A DNA stretch of 44,248 bases from a virus. The stretch spans positions 1 through 44,248 of the IMG/VR virus record IMGVR_UViG_3300021057_000017. The stretch is one strand, 5' to 3'. The notes under the pieces were generated by a model. It was not told the DNA's origin. It worked only from the letters and a program-made list of their open reading frames with translations, and made no database searches. Shown here in pieces: positions 1-8,806 of this stretch; the stretch's first letter is position 1; the number at the start of each line of letters is the position of its first letter. The position numbers and the translations under genes were made by a program.

Positions 1-127
1 CAAGTGGATTAGGCTCTCACCAACCCCGGCAAAAGCAATAACAGCCCAAATCTGGTACAAGCGCCGCTGGATGCCTCTTCGTGATGACAACGATGTCCCG
101 CTTATTCCCTGCGCCAATGAGATTGTG
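1..127. repeat. Terminal direct repeat identical to 44122..44248 (circular-assembly overlap)
   Basis: Base-by-base comparison: the first 127 nt (caagtggattaggctctcacc...gagattgtg) recur exactly as the last 127 nt. An ORF crosses the junction in frame. Confidence 0.97.
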
Positions 128-325
128 GAGGGGGTTATTGCGGATGCTCTTTGGGAAGACGGTCAGGAAGCCGCCGCGCAAGCCAAGGAAACCAAGTTCA
201 CAAACTCCGTAACAGAGCTTTGGTATTCAAGACGCCCAAGAAATCTTATTACTCAAGCCGTTCCTGATAACGATGACACGATTAGATCTGGACGTATTTT
301 CTATAACGGACCGACTTATACCTAA
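1..325 (+). CDS. C-terminal part of wrap-around structural ORF (join 43433..44121,1..325; 337 aa); possible tail tubular A/adaptor-like protein
   Basis: The frame is open from base 2 and continues the ORF left open at the window end. Its TAA at 323-325 overlaps the next ATG (TAATG). It sits directly upstream of the gp12-like gene. The track ORF 71..325 is an internal Met of this gene. Confidence 0.6.
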   Translation, partial: KWIRLSPTPAKAITAQIWYKRRWMPLRDDNDVPLIPCANEIVEGVIADALWEDGQEAAAQAKETKFTNSVTELWYSRRPRNLITQAVPDNDDTIRSGRIFYNGPTYT

Positions 326-2496
326 TGCCCGTCTTAACCGCGAATAGAGCCAAAGAACGAGTCGCCGACTTCTCCGGGGGTCAAAACTCAGCCTCTGAGC
401 CTTCCAACCTCTTACCCAACCAAGCAGAGCTTCTAGAAAACTGCATCATCACAAAAAAGGGTAAGTGCGAACAAAGAAAAGGCCTGGCAAGGGTTGGTGA
501 CAATCCGGACACCCTTATTTCACATTGGACCTTTGACGCCTCTAGTTCCGTGGATGACAAAGAGGATAACGACGGAACTGATACGGCAATCACTTATGTT
601 GCAGGAAAATTCGGAAAGGCGGCATCGTTCAATGGGACCACATCCAAAATTACAGTCACAGCTGACACTTCGATTGACGTTGGAAGCATGGGGGATTTTA
701 GACTGTCTGCGTGGATCTACGTTGACTCTGATGGAGAAAATGACGAGGGGAGAATCTTTGACAAGTGGTCAAGCACAAATGTTGGCTACCGTCTGTTCGT
801 ATTCGGCCAATCGGCGGGCACTGTTAAATTAGACTTCGAGGTTGGGCATGCTACGACTAATACGCGGGTTATTACTTCTACCACTCTCACTACTGGCGCT
901 TGGCATAAAGTTGACGCTGTTTATAACTCTGACAAGTCTGGTGATATTTATATTGATGGCGTACTGGCTACTTACTCTACTGATACGACAGGTGTAGATG
1001 GGGTCTCCAATGACTCGGCAGTTAATCTCACAATTGGAAATAACGCCGCCTCAACGCGGACATTCGACGGTGAGCTAGACGATCTTCGCATCTACGACGG
1101 ATCATTTGTAGCAGATGATATTGAACTAAAAACAATCCTCGGAATTACCCGCTTCAATGTCGGCGCAACATACGACAAGCCTATTCGTGCCAAAGATACA
1201 GCCATACAGGAACTCAATTCAAACTTTAAAACCTGGGATAACATCACTGGCCTTACGAGCCTGACCGCAGGTCTCACGACTAACTTTGTCCAGGCCCAGG
1301 ACCGTCTTTTCATTCTTAATGGCACCGATAACGTCCATTCAATCAATACCTCCCTCACGGTCACTGATGAAGGCAACACAAACACAGATTTTCCAAAGAC
1401 AACCTTTGCGGAATGGGCCTCGAATAACCGAATGTTTGCTTCGGGCTCTCTTACCGTTGCGGATCGTGACATCGTTTGGTTCTCGGACGCGCTCGATGCC
1501 CAAACATGGAATCGATCAACTAATCTTTTCAGGGTTCGGTCAGGTGGTGGCGGGAAAGTCACCTGGCTCAAAATGTTTAAAGAGTTTGAGCTTATTATCT
1601 ACAAAAATGATTCGATCTTTGTTCTTAATCTAGATGGCGCAACTCCTCTTACCGATTGGGACCTAAAGCCCCTCTCTACTGTCATCGGGTGTCCAGCAGG
1701 CCGGACCGTTCAAGACGTTGGAAATGACCACATCTATCTTGCCAATGACGGTGTGAGGCTTCTTTCACGCACCACATTCGACAAACTTAGAGTCGGAATT
1801 ATTTCAGAACCAATCCAAGACATTATTGACGAGATTAATCAGGACGCTATTCAAAACTCAGTCGGCTTCTTCGAGAACGGCCTCTATATCCTGGGCGTTC
1901 CCATCGGAACATCCACCACCCCAAATAAATTTATGATTTGGGACTCTATCGCAGCTCTACGAAATGGAGACCCAAACTCTGCCTGGACCACCATTCCTGA
2001 TGACACATGGAACATCTCCTGCATGACTTCGTTTGGATTTGGAGACAACATTAAAACGATTATTGGCGGTGAAGCTCGCGCCCTCACTCTCTGCTACAAA
2101 GTCCTATCAGGCAATACCGATAACGGCGCAACAGTAAACCAAACCATCATCAGCAAAGAGCACGATTTTGGAGACCCTATCCTTCAAAAGATATTTGACC
2201 CCACTCAGTTTATAGCCGAGACAGGATCGGATGCGGTCTATAACTACTCAATGGACCTTGATAGAGCTGGATTCGCGGCTATCTCAAGCTCAGACACCCT
2301 CTCAGGCGGCCTCTCAACTCCATTCACTACCCCTGCAACGACAGGCGGGTCAGATGAAGAAAGAAACAATGAGCGCACAAAGTTCTTAGGAAGGGGTAAC
2401 ACCGCAAGAGTCAAAATCACGAACACAACCTACAACAAGCGCCCTACATTTTTGGAGTACACCATTCATGCTAGACCGCTACAAGGGAGAATCTAA
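325..2496 (+). CDS. Tail tubular protein B (nozzle)-like protein with inserted LamG/concanavalin-like domain
   Basis: 723 aa. The N-terminus ADFSGGQNSASEPSNLLPNQ...QRKGLARVG resembles the GG-SQQP..Q..KR N-terminal motif of T7 gp12-type proteins. Residues ~65-265 look like a LamG jelly roll (FNGTTSKITV...WHKV...IYIDG...FDGELDDLRIYD). The rest reads as repetitive beta-strand blades. Confidence 0.65.
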   Translation: MPVLTANRAKERVADFSGGQNSASEPSNLLPNQAELLENCIITKKGKCEQRKGLARVGDNPDTLISHWTFDASSSVDDKEDNDGTDTAITYVAGKFGKAASFNGTTSKITVTADTSIDVGSMGDFRLSAWIYVDSDGENDEGRIFDKWSSTNVGYRLFVFGQSAGTVKLDFEVGHATTNTRVITSTTLTTGAWHKVDAVYNSDKSGDIYIDGVLATYSTDTTGVDGVSNDSAVNLTIGNNAASTRTFDGELDDLRIYDGSFVADDIELKTILGITRFNVGATYDKPIRAKDTAIQELNSNFKTWDNITGLTSLTAGLTTNFVQAQDRLFILNGTDNVHSINTSLTVTDEGNTNTDFPKTTFAEWASNNRMFASGSLTVADRDIVWFSDALDAQTWNRSTNLFRVRSGGGGKVTWLKMFKEFELIIYKNDSIFVLNLDGATPLTDWDLKPLSTVIGCPAGRTVQDVGNDHIYLANDGVRLLSRTTFDKLRVGIISEPIQDIIDEINQDAIQNSVGFFENGLYILGVPIGTSTTPNKFMIWDSIAALRNGDPNSAWTTIPDDTWNISCMTSFGFGDNIKTIIGGEARALTLCYKVLSGNTDNGATVNQTIISKEHDFGDPILQKIFDPTQFIAETGSDAVYNYSMDLDRAGFAAISSSDTLSGGLSTPFTTPATTGGSDEERNNERTKFLGRGNTARVKITNTTYNKRPTFLEYTIHARPLQGRI

Positions 2497-3561
2497 ATGG
2501 GAATTGTAAACCTCCCAGCTTTCGGAACAGATCCTGTAACCGTAAATGCCGCAAACCTCGATGGAAAAGTGGACCCTCTGGCGAATGAGTTTAACGGCGG
2601 GATTGATAACGACAACATTGATTCTGCGGCGGCAATAGCTAATTCAAAACTAAATCTTGCTTCTATCTCACAGTCAGTCGCCATGTCTTCAAAAGACTTC
2701 TCTGAAGCCAAGGGCGCTGACGTTGCGTCTGCCGCAACGACAACGATATGGGCTACAGATGGCAATTTTATCCACATTACCGGAACCACAACGATTACGT
2801 CTTTTGGCACTGCACAGCAAGCCGGAGACGAAAGAACCATTGTTTTTGACGGAGCCCTAACCCTCACCCACAACGCCACAAGCTTAATTCTTCCCGGGGC
2901 CGCAAATATCACCACCGCCGCAGGAGATCGGGCGATTGTACGGGCCGAAACAACCACAAACGCCCGCGTGATTGCCTATACGAAGGCTGATGGCACTGCC
3001 ATTGTGAGTGCGGGTGGCTCAATTCCTAACGGTGGGTACTTTGTTGGAACTCGGTACTACTACGGCTGGCCCTACGCCTCAACCTCAAGCTCTGCCGCAG
3101 TTGTGGCAGACAGACTTTACGCAAGACCCTTCTTAGTTGGTAAAACCACAACCTTTGACCGAATCGGCGTTGAAGTTACGACGGGTGCGGCAAGCACCAA
3201 TGTAAGGCTTGGGATCTATAACTTCGTCAACGGCCTTCCGACATCGCTTGTGTTAGACGCCGGAACCATTGACTCAGCCTCAACGGGCGTCAAGGAAATC
3301 ACGATTTCTCAGTCCCTAACGGCAGGCGTCTACGCATTCGCATACGTCTCAAACGGCACCCCGACTCTAAGAAACTGTGTCGCCCCAGGCCACAACGACT
3401 CGGAATACTTCTTCGGTGCACCGGACACCTCAAGTGGCGATACAAAGCGACTTGTTTATTACGCCTTTACCTACGCCGCGCTCCCTGCAAGCTACAGCGC
3501 ATCCGTGACGTATGACACAACCAATAACCCCCATGCTCAGTGGCTTAGAGTTTCGGCGTAA
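2497..3561 (+). CDS. Tail fibre / receptor-binding protein
   Basis: 354 aa, abutting the nozzle gene. The N-terminus (NLDGKVDPLANEFNGGIDNDNIDSAAAIANSKLNL) matches a common phage fibre N-terminal pattern. The rest is S/T/G/A-rich. Confidence 0.6.
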   Translation: MGIVNLPAFGTDPVTVNAANLDGKVDPLANEFNGGIDNDNIDSAAAIANSKLNLASISQSVAMSSKDFSEAKGADVASAATTTIWATDGNFIHITGTTTITSFGTAQQAGDERTIVFDGALTLTHNATSLILPGAANITTAAGDRAIVRAETTTNARVIAYTKADGTAIVSAGGSIPNGGYFVGTRYYYGWPYASTSSSAAVVADRLYARPFLVGKTTTFDRIGVEVTTGAASTNVRLGIYNFVNGLPTSLVLDAGTIDSASTGVKEITISQSLTAGVYAFAYVSNGTPTLRNCVAPGHNDSEYFFGAPDTSSGDTKRLVYYAFTYAALPASYSASVTYDTTNNPHAQWLRVSA

Positions 3562-3570
3562 GGAGAAACC

Positions 3571-3888
3571 ATGAAAATTGAAACCTTCGACAATAACGGA
3601 AACCTGTTAAGCAGGGTTGATCTAAGAACTGTAAGTGCCACATCAGAACTCTGTCTCTGTCGCTTTAAAGAACGCTGTGAGCTTCTACTTGAGAAGCTTG
3701 ATTTTGACTGGCACCTAAAGCGCCAGGCCGCAGGAATCGCACTCCCGGATGATGTGAAGACAAAAGCCAAGGCTTATTTCGATAGATACGACGCCCTAAA
3801 AGCGCAAATTGATTCAATCACACTCGATGCCAAAGACGGCGACAAAACCGTCTGCGACGAAATCGAGTGTCTAACCTGGGAGGCCTGA
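3571..3888 (+). CDS. Hypothetical protein
   Basis: 105-aa track ORF with GGAGA 5 nt upstream of the ATG, in an operon with the fibre gene. Confidence 0.5.
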   Translation: MKIETFDNNGNLLSRVDLRTVSATSELCLCRFKERCELLLEKLDFDWHLKRQAAGIALPDDVKTKAKAYFDRYDALKAQIDSITLDAKDGDKTVCDEIECLTWEA

Positions 3889-3889
3889 A

Positions 3890-4033
3890 ATGAAGTCTAA
3901 ACGCGCACTACTGCCGCTTATCGTCCCGTTCCTTGGGCTGGTGGTCTTTTTTCTTAGTAAGGGATGGATTGTTCCGCTTCTTCTCGTTGTAGCTGGTTTT
4001 TCGTTCTTTGCCGTGAAGGTTATTCGTAGTTGA
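3890..4033 (+). CDS. Small two-TM membrane protein (holin-like candidate)
   Basis: 47 aa, below the track cutoff: MKSKRALLPLIVPFLGLVVFFLSKGWIVPLLLVVAGFSFFAVKVIRS. The ATG lies 1 nt after the upstream TGA. There are two hydrophobic helices. Confidence 0.5.
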   Translation: MKSKRALLPLIVPFLGLVVFFLSKGWIVPLLLVVAGFSFFAVKVIRS

Positions 4034-4323
4034 TCTCAAGTATCAAAGACGAAGAAGGAAAAGTAATCGCTTATGTTTGCTGGAAGCAGGTTGGAAAGTC
4101 TGGGTTTGAAAAGTTCCAAGGTGAATACGTTTACCTTGAAGATCTTTGGATTCACGACGCCTACAGAGGAAAAGGCCTCTTGCAACGCCTGATCGCGGAT
4201 GTGCTGGAAAAAGCACCAGAAGCCCAATACGGCTATTTTACACGTGAAAAATATGGACATAGAATGTCCAAACTTTTTAAGAGAAGTTCCGTTGAAAGGA
4301 TAGCAAATGTCTTCGTCAAGTAG
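4030..4323 (+). CDS. Mini GNAT-like N-acetyltransferase (97 aa)
   Basis: The TTG start overlaps the upstream stop. VYLEDLWIHDAYRGKGLLQRLIADVLEKA matches GNAT motif A (R-x-x-G-x-G plus following helix). The ORF is only about half the length of a normal GNAT. Confidence 0.5.
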   Translation: MISSIKDEEGKVIAYVCWKQVGKSGFEKFQGEYVYLEDLWIHDAYRGKGLLQRLIADVLEKAPEAQYGYFTREKYGHRMSKLFKRSSVERIANVFVK

Positions 4324-5071
4324 CCCAGCGCCCGCGCCTCCCCCACCCGCGCCCTCAGCAAGTGAAACATCAGCACAAGCGATCCAGGCTCAGATCGACG
4401 CCCTGCCGAAGATCCTTGCGGCACAAGAGCAGTATGGTCCAGGATTCTCACAGCAACAGCTAGAAGCCTTACAGACCTTTGGTCCAAAATTCGCAGAGAC
4501 AGCGCTTGATCTACAAAAGAAGTACGGACCCGCCTTCGCCGAGGTGGAAAGAAGCCTTTCCCCAGAGCTCGCAGGCGCACAAAGCACACTCGCAAATTTT
4601 CTTTCACAAACAGATGACCAGGAGTACGAAGCCTTAAAACCAGGACTTCTTCAAGATGTCCGCTCTGCTCAGTCTGTTCGTGGACTAGGAGCTGTCTCCC
4701 CTCTTGGCTCGATTGATGAATCAGTTCAGCTCGCACGCCTAAGACAATCCCTAAAAGACAGACGTATTAACGTTGCTCTCTCTACAGCCGGACGAGTACC
4801 TATTTCATCCATGCCAACGATTCAAGGTCAGACCGGAACAGGCCAGCTTGTGAATAACGTCTCGCCATCTGATATGTTTTCGTACCAATCTGGTTTGAAC
4901 CAGTTCAATAGCTCTATTTTCGGGCATCAGGCTAATTTATTTAGCAACTCACAAGCTAATGCTACTGCTCGCAGAGGCCAGAACATGACCGCCGCGACGA
5001 GCATTTTGGGCACAGTCTTTGCAAAGCCCGCACAAACAGACATCTGGAATGTTATGGGTTCAAATCCGTAA
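4307..5071 (+). CDS. Hypothetical virion-module protein (internal/ejection protein candidate)
   Basis: 254 aa with a Pro/Ala/Ser-rich N-terminus (SSSSSPAPAPPPPAPSAS). Its position after the fibre gene parallels the gp13-16 slot of T7-type order. Confidence 0.5.
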   Translation: MSSSSSPAPAPPPPAPSASETSAQAIQAQIDALPKILAAQEQYGPGFSQQQLEALQTFGPKFAETALDLQKKYGPAFAEVERSLSPELAGAQSTLANFLSQTDDQEYEALKPGLLQDVRSAQSVRGLGAVSPLGSIDESVQLARLRQSLKDRRINVALSTAGRVPISSMPTIQGQTGTGQLVNNVSPSDMFSYQSGLNQFNSSIFGHQANLFSNSQANATARRGQNMTAATSILGTVFAKPAQTDIWNVMGSNP

Positions 5072-5096
5072 TGGTTTTTATTAAAGGGACAGAATA

Positions 5097-6005
5097 ATGG
5101 GATTGCCTGAAATAGCTCAAAGAGTTAAGCAGTTCATTGCTGGAGAGGTTTCAGCAGAGCAGAAAAATCAAGCTTTTGACACTATCGAAAAGACGACAGG
5201 CGTGAAGATTGATGAACAACAGCGGAAGGCAATGATTAAAGCTAATGTTCCAGTCGATAAACTTATTACTGCTTTTACGCTGAGACAAATTCAATCTGCG
5301 GCAAGCAACGCAAGAGCAGGCGGTTTAATTGGCGAAATGCAAGATGGCGGTTTCAGTGAAATCCAAAATCAAATGCCTGGTGGTGGAAGTATTTCTCAGG
5401 GTGGAGTAACAGCAACCATTCCAGCATCTAGAGAATATAAGACAAGAGAAGCTATTCTTGACCAGCAGGCAAAATCAGCCCAAGAAAAGGAAAAAAAATC
5501 TCTGGTAGCCGAAGAGACATCAAAGGGTACTTATAGGTTTCTTCAGCAATTTAATCGCTCTTACGAAGAGTTGAAAGCTTTTGACCCTGAAGTAGATGCT
5601 ATTGGCGTTGGTGGTTTCCTTACCAGGAAGACAGCGAAGCTTGCAGAATTTCTAGATGAACTACCTGAAACAAAGACTCTAAAAACAGAAGTGCTTCCTA
5701 TGGCTAACGAAATAGCAAGAGAAGTAGAGGGTGGAAAGGTTACGGACCAAGATAGAAAAATTTACGCCGACAGATTTGCCTCTGCCATAAATTTCCCAAC
5801 AAAGACAAACGTCAGGCTCATGTCTAATCAGATTATCAATTTGATTGATAAGGGCGGTGACAAAAATGGCGCAATAACAAATCAGCTAAAACAACTGGTT
5901 AGTACCAAATCAGATATTTTTAACTCAGTAGTCGAGCAGGTAATCATTGAATTTCCAGACATGGCTAAGAAATTATTTGGTGATGATTTCGAGGTTTCCC
6001 AATGA
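5097..6005 (+). CDS. Hypothetical virion-module protein
   Basis: 302-aa track ORF with an A-rich RBS region (aagggacagaataATG). Function unknown. Confidence 0.55.
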   Translation: MGLPEIAQRVKQFIAGEVSAEQKNQAFDTIEKTTGVKIDEQQRKAMIKANVPVDKLITAFTLRQIQSAASNARAGGLIGEMQDGGFSEIQNQMPGGGSISQGGVTATIPASREYKTREAILDQQAKSAQEKEKKSLVAEETSKGTYRFLQQFNRSYEELKAFDPEVDAIGVGGFLTRKTAKLAEFLDELPETKTLKTEVLPMANEIAREVEGGKVTDQDRKIYADRFASAINFPTKTNVRLMSNQIINLIDKGGDKNGAITNQLKQLVSTKSDIFNSVVEQVIIEFPDMAKKLFGDDFEVSQ

Positions 6006-7210
6006 AACTAATAAACAAAAAAACTGGAGAAGAGATAGATTTATCTCCTAAGAAAGAACAGCCAAAAAGCCCTCAGGAAAAAACGCAAGAAAGGATTCAA
6101 GAAAGAGGCAAGATTCAGGATTCAATTAAGAGGGTTGCCACAGAGAAGTCAGGGATAAAAAAGGCTATCGCTGTTTCAGAGGTTGTAGATGCCCCATTCG
6201 CCGCAATCGAGTCTGCTATTGCTAACCCAAGCCTTGAGTTTCAAAAGGGTAATTTTAATCCACAGAATGCAGTAAAAGAAGCCATTCTTGGTCTATCATT
6301 GCAAAAGCAGGGCCAGTATGGCGATGTTATGAAAAATGCTGGCTACAACCCTGTGATAGCAGACACGCTTGGTCTTGTTCTGCATCTATCCCCTGTCAAA
6401 GTTTACACAGAAGTATCCAAAACATTTGGAGCCATTTCAAAACTATCAGACAAAGCCATGCTTAAGGCCGGGGACAATCTCCTTGACGCTGTGAATCAAG
6501 CAAAGACAGCCGCAGGAACAAAAGTTACTGAGGAATTTGCCAAACATGCTGATAGCGTCCCGGTCGATGGTTTTAAGTTTATAGAGGATATTTCAAAGCT
6601 TCCTGAGCCAGTAATGAAAAGAGCTGAGATTGTATTCGGAGATCTTGCGGATTTTGCTAATGGCTTGACTGTAGGAAAGGTAAGGGAGTTTAAAAGATTT
6701 CTAGGAAAAGTAAAACCCAACTCTTACGGGCAGGCAGAGAGAGGAATACAAGAGAATCTCGACGTTCAGGATCTGAATAAAGTTTATTCGAATTTGAAAA
6801 CCAGAATGGAAAGCACACTTTCTGATGCGGCGTCTGGGGTTGATAAGAAAACCGTTCAATACCTTATGAAGCTTGAAGAAGCTTATTCGGAGGTTGTGGA
6901 TGCTGGGAGATATATCAGAAAACAAATTGTAGACCCCACATTGGAAGTTCCAAGCAAGGTAGGTCAGTTCGCTAAGAAGGTTGTTTCAGATGAGGATATG
7001 TCAGGAAGAATAGCTTTAACAAAAATAAAGAAGACCAGTGGCGAAGCTATGAAAAGAATTAATAGCGCGATGAAACAAATCGAGTCTTTTAATTCAAATC
7101 AGAAGATTAAACAGGTTGCTGGCAGAGCTATTAATACAGCTATTTGGGGAGGAGCTGTTGGTGGTGCGGCAGGCGGGTCAATAGCAAGAAGGATTAGAGA
7201 GTCCGAATAG
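6002..7210 (+). CDS. Hypothetical virion-module protein with Gly-rich hydrophobic C-terminus
   Basis: 402 aa with an ATGA overlap to the upstream gene. C-terminus AIWGGAVGGAAGGSIARRIRESE. Confidence 0.55.
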   Translation: MKLINKKTGEEIDLSPKKEQPKSPQEKTQERIQERGKIQDSIKRVATEKSGIKKAIAVSEVVDAPFAAIESAIANPSLEFQKGNFNPQNAVKEAILGLSLQKQGQYGDVMKNAGYNPVIADTLGLVLHLSPVKVYTEVSKTFGAISKLSDKAMLKAGDNLLDAVNQAKTAAGTKVTEEFAKHADSVPVDGFKFIEDISKLPEPVMKRAEIVFGDLADFANGLTVGKVREFKRFLGKVKPNSYGQAERGIQENLDVQDLNKVYSNLKTRMESTLSDAASGVDKKTVQYLMKLEEAYSEVVDAGRYIRKQIVDPTLEVPSKVGQFAKKVVSDEDMSGRIALTKIKKTSGEAMKRINSAMKQIESFNSNQKIKQVAGRAINTAIWGGAVGGAAGGSIARRIRESE

Positions 7211-7343
7211 CCAAAAATGGATCAGGCCAATTGTATGTATGAGCCAAATAAACATATGCCCAAAAACAAACTGCACACACAGTCGCGATGATAATAACTG
7301 TCGACCAACTTAAATATAAACCTTTAAAAATCTCTCTAAGCAT
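7194..7343 (-). CDS. Small membrane protein (49 aa)
   Basis: Not in the track: MLREIFKGLYLSWSTVIIIATVCAVCFWAYVYLAHTYNWPDPFLAIRTL. GGAGGC lies 8 nt upstream. The gene converges on, and overlaps, the end of 6002..7210. Confidence 0.35.
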   Translation of the reverse strand: MLREIFKGLYLSWSTVIIIATVCAVCFWAYVYLAHTYNWPDPFLAIRTL

Positions 7344-7435
7344 ATTATGGAGCCTCCAATTTACCGGATAACACCTATGAACGTTGCTATTTTCAACTCA
7401 TTGTCATTTAATCCAAACATTTACGGCTCCCATGG

Positions 7436-7645
7436 TTACAGCCCGAGAAGCTTCGACACCAATAGCCCGACGAATAATACAGGCGCAAGATACAAGACAA
7501 CCTGAATGAGCTTAGCCACTAAAAATCCAAGCGTAGACTCACTTTCAATATCAGGAAGAATGGTTACAAAACCATTGCTTTTTTGTCTATCTTCCATATC
7601 GGCGCGCATTTTTATGAGCTTCTCTTCGGGCTCATCAAACTGCAT
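7436..7645 (-). CDS. Small protein with C-terminal TM helix (69 aa)
   Basis: An internal Met of track ORF 7436..7726 has GGGAGG 6 nt upstream. That start overlaps the upstream stop by 11 nt. The product is MQFDEPEEKLIKMRADMEDRQ...VVLYLAPVLFVGLLVSKLLGL. Confidence 0.45.
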   Translation of the reverse strand: MQFDEPEEKLIKMRADMEDRQKSNGFVTILPDIESESTLGFLVAKLIQVVLYLAPVLFVGLLVSKLLGL

Positions 7646-7937
7646 CCTTGGCCTCCCTAAGCTCAGATTCATTAGCAACGATCGGTTCTCTAAGCATAAT
7701 ACCGCCATTCTGAATATCATAAACAATCCAAATCATTTTATTAGACGCCTCATCCTTCACTGTCAACTCGTAAAAAATTCCGTTTTCTGTATCAAGGAAA
7801 GATTTTGTTTTTTCATCCATTCTGGCTGGAACAAACTTACCAACAGAACTTTTCTGCTTTACGTAAGTAACCTCATTCAAAGCCCCAAAAGCTGGGGATG
7901 TTATGCCTAAGGCTAAAACAAAAAACAGGACTCTCAT
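7635..7937 (-). CDS. Secreted protein (signal peptide)
   Basis: 100 aa. MRVLFFVLALGITSPAFGA|LNE is a classical Sec signal. The gene abuts 7938..8180. Confidence 0.6.
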   Translation of the reverse strand: MRVLFFVLALGITSPAFGALNEVTYVKQKSSVGKFVPARMDEKTKSFLDTENGIFYELTVKDEASNKMIWIVYDIQNGGIMLREPIVANESELREAKDAV

Positions 7938-8180
7938 TTACGAGTTATCTGACCAAGTATACCCGCCAGTTAAATTCTGTCTGGAGGTGGCTTGATACCC
8001 ATTGCTTCCGGTAACGGTGTATCCGCCCGTCAGATTTTGTCTAGAGGTATAAACATCTCCGCTAGAACTTGTGGTTGTGTATCCGCCAGTCAGATTGCGA
8101 CGGGTGGTGTATGTCTCAGCTGAAACAGGCGCACACGTGATTAAAAACAACCCCAACGACAGCATTGCTACTAGCTTCAT
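7938..8180 (-). CDS. Secreted (possibly lipo-) protein made of three ~20-aa S/T/G/Y repeats
   Basis: 80 aa. The signal is MKLVAMLSLGLFLITCAPVSA. The mature part is TTRRNLTGGYTTTSSSGDVY / TSRQNLTGGYTVTGSNGYQA / TSRQNLTGGYTWSDNS. Confidence 0.65.
   Translation of the reverse strand: MKLVAMLSLGLFLITCAPVSAETYTTRRNLTGGYTTTSSSGDVYTSRQNLTGGYTVTGSNGYQATSRQNLTGGYTWSDNS
7941..8108 (-). repeat. Three diverged ~60-bp tandem coding repeats
   Basis: Plus-strand units are gtatacccgccagttaaattctgtctggaggt, gtgtatccgcccgtcagattttgtctagaggt and gtgtatccgccagtcagattgcgacgggtggt. Confidence 0.8.
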
Positions 8181-8268
8181 TTACTACCTCCCATGACCTG
8201 GATAAACGTCTCAACGACGTCCAACCCTTTGAACTTTACAAAGCATTTCTGCGGAGCAACCACATCCA

Positions 8269-8664
8269 TCACGATAACCTCTCAAGGACACCAATATCAA
8301 AATTTATCTTTGACTTGCACTTCAGGCAATCAAAATACGAGCCTCTATGTTGCCAAATAACGTGAATTGGAACTCGATCATCATTAAAGCATTTTGGACA
8401 GAAAAACTGTTTTGTGCCTCTCAAGCGATAAAGAGCCGAGAATTGAGCATCTTGCACAAGATCATATTTAGCCTTTTCTTCTTCCCAGCGTGCGTGATTG
8501 GCTATCTCCGTCTCAAGGTGCCTTATCTTGTGCATAAGGCTCGCATTCTCTTTATTAAGCTCGGCATTTCTTCGTTCAAGATCAATCAGGTAGGAATTAA
8601 CCTCAACCATTTCGGAAGGATTAATGCCCCTTGATATTAGAGAAACAAGTTCTTTGTAATCCAA
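8269..8664 (-). CDS. Coiled-coil protein with C-terminal zinc ribbon
   Basis: 131 aa. The N-terminal half is helical (LERRNAELNKENASLMHKIRHLETEI). The C-terminus carries CPKC...CLKC. Confidence 0.6.
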   Translation of the reverse strand: MDYKELVSLISRGINPSEMVEVNSYLIDLERRNAELNKENASLMHKIRHLETEIANHARWEEEKAKYDLVQDAQFSALYRLRGTKQFFCPKCFNDDRVPIHVIWQHRGSYFDCLKCKSKINFDIGVLERLS

Positions 8665-8683
8665 GATCAGCCTTAAATGAAAA

Positions 8684-8714
8684 CGCCCGCATCACGGCCA
8701 AGTGAGAGCGGGCG
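8684..8714. other. Intergenic hairpin at the boundary of the antisense island
   Basis: cgcccgc (8684-8690) and gcgggcg (8708-8714) form a 7-bp GC stem with a 17-nt loop. No adjacent U-tract. Confidence 0.35.
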
Positions 8715-8806
8715 CTAAGGGATAACCCTTAAAAAAACTTTGAAATTGTCATTGGCCGTGACGAGTAAAGAATACCAAACGAAGCCTAAAAAGGCAAGGA
8801 AATAAG

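Noticed and set aside
1092-4736. Long antisense track ORFs: 1092..1571, 2493..2957 and 4233..4736. Similar ones occur elsewhere, for example 10017..10220, 34969..35331 and 36164..36427.
   Set aside because: They lie opposite S/T/A/G-rich structural genes, where the antisense strand is naturally depleted of stops. They have no RBSs, and their products are Arg/Ser-rich nonsense-like sequences.
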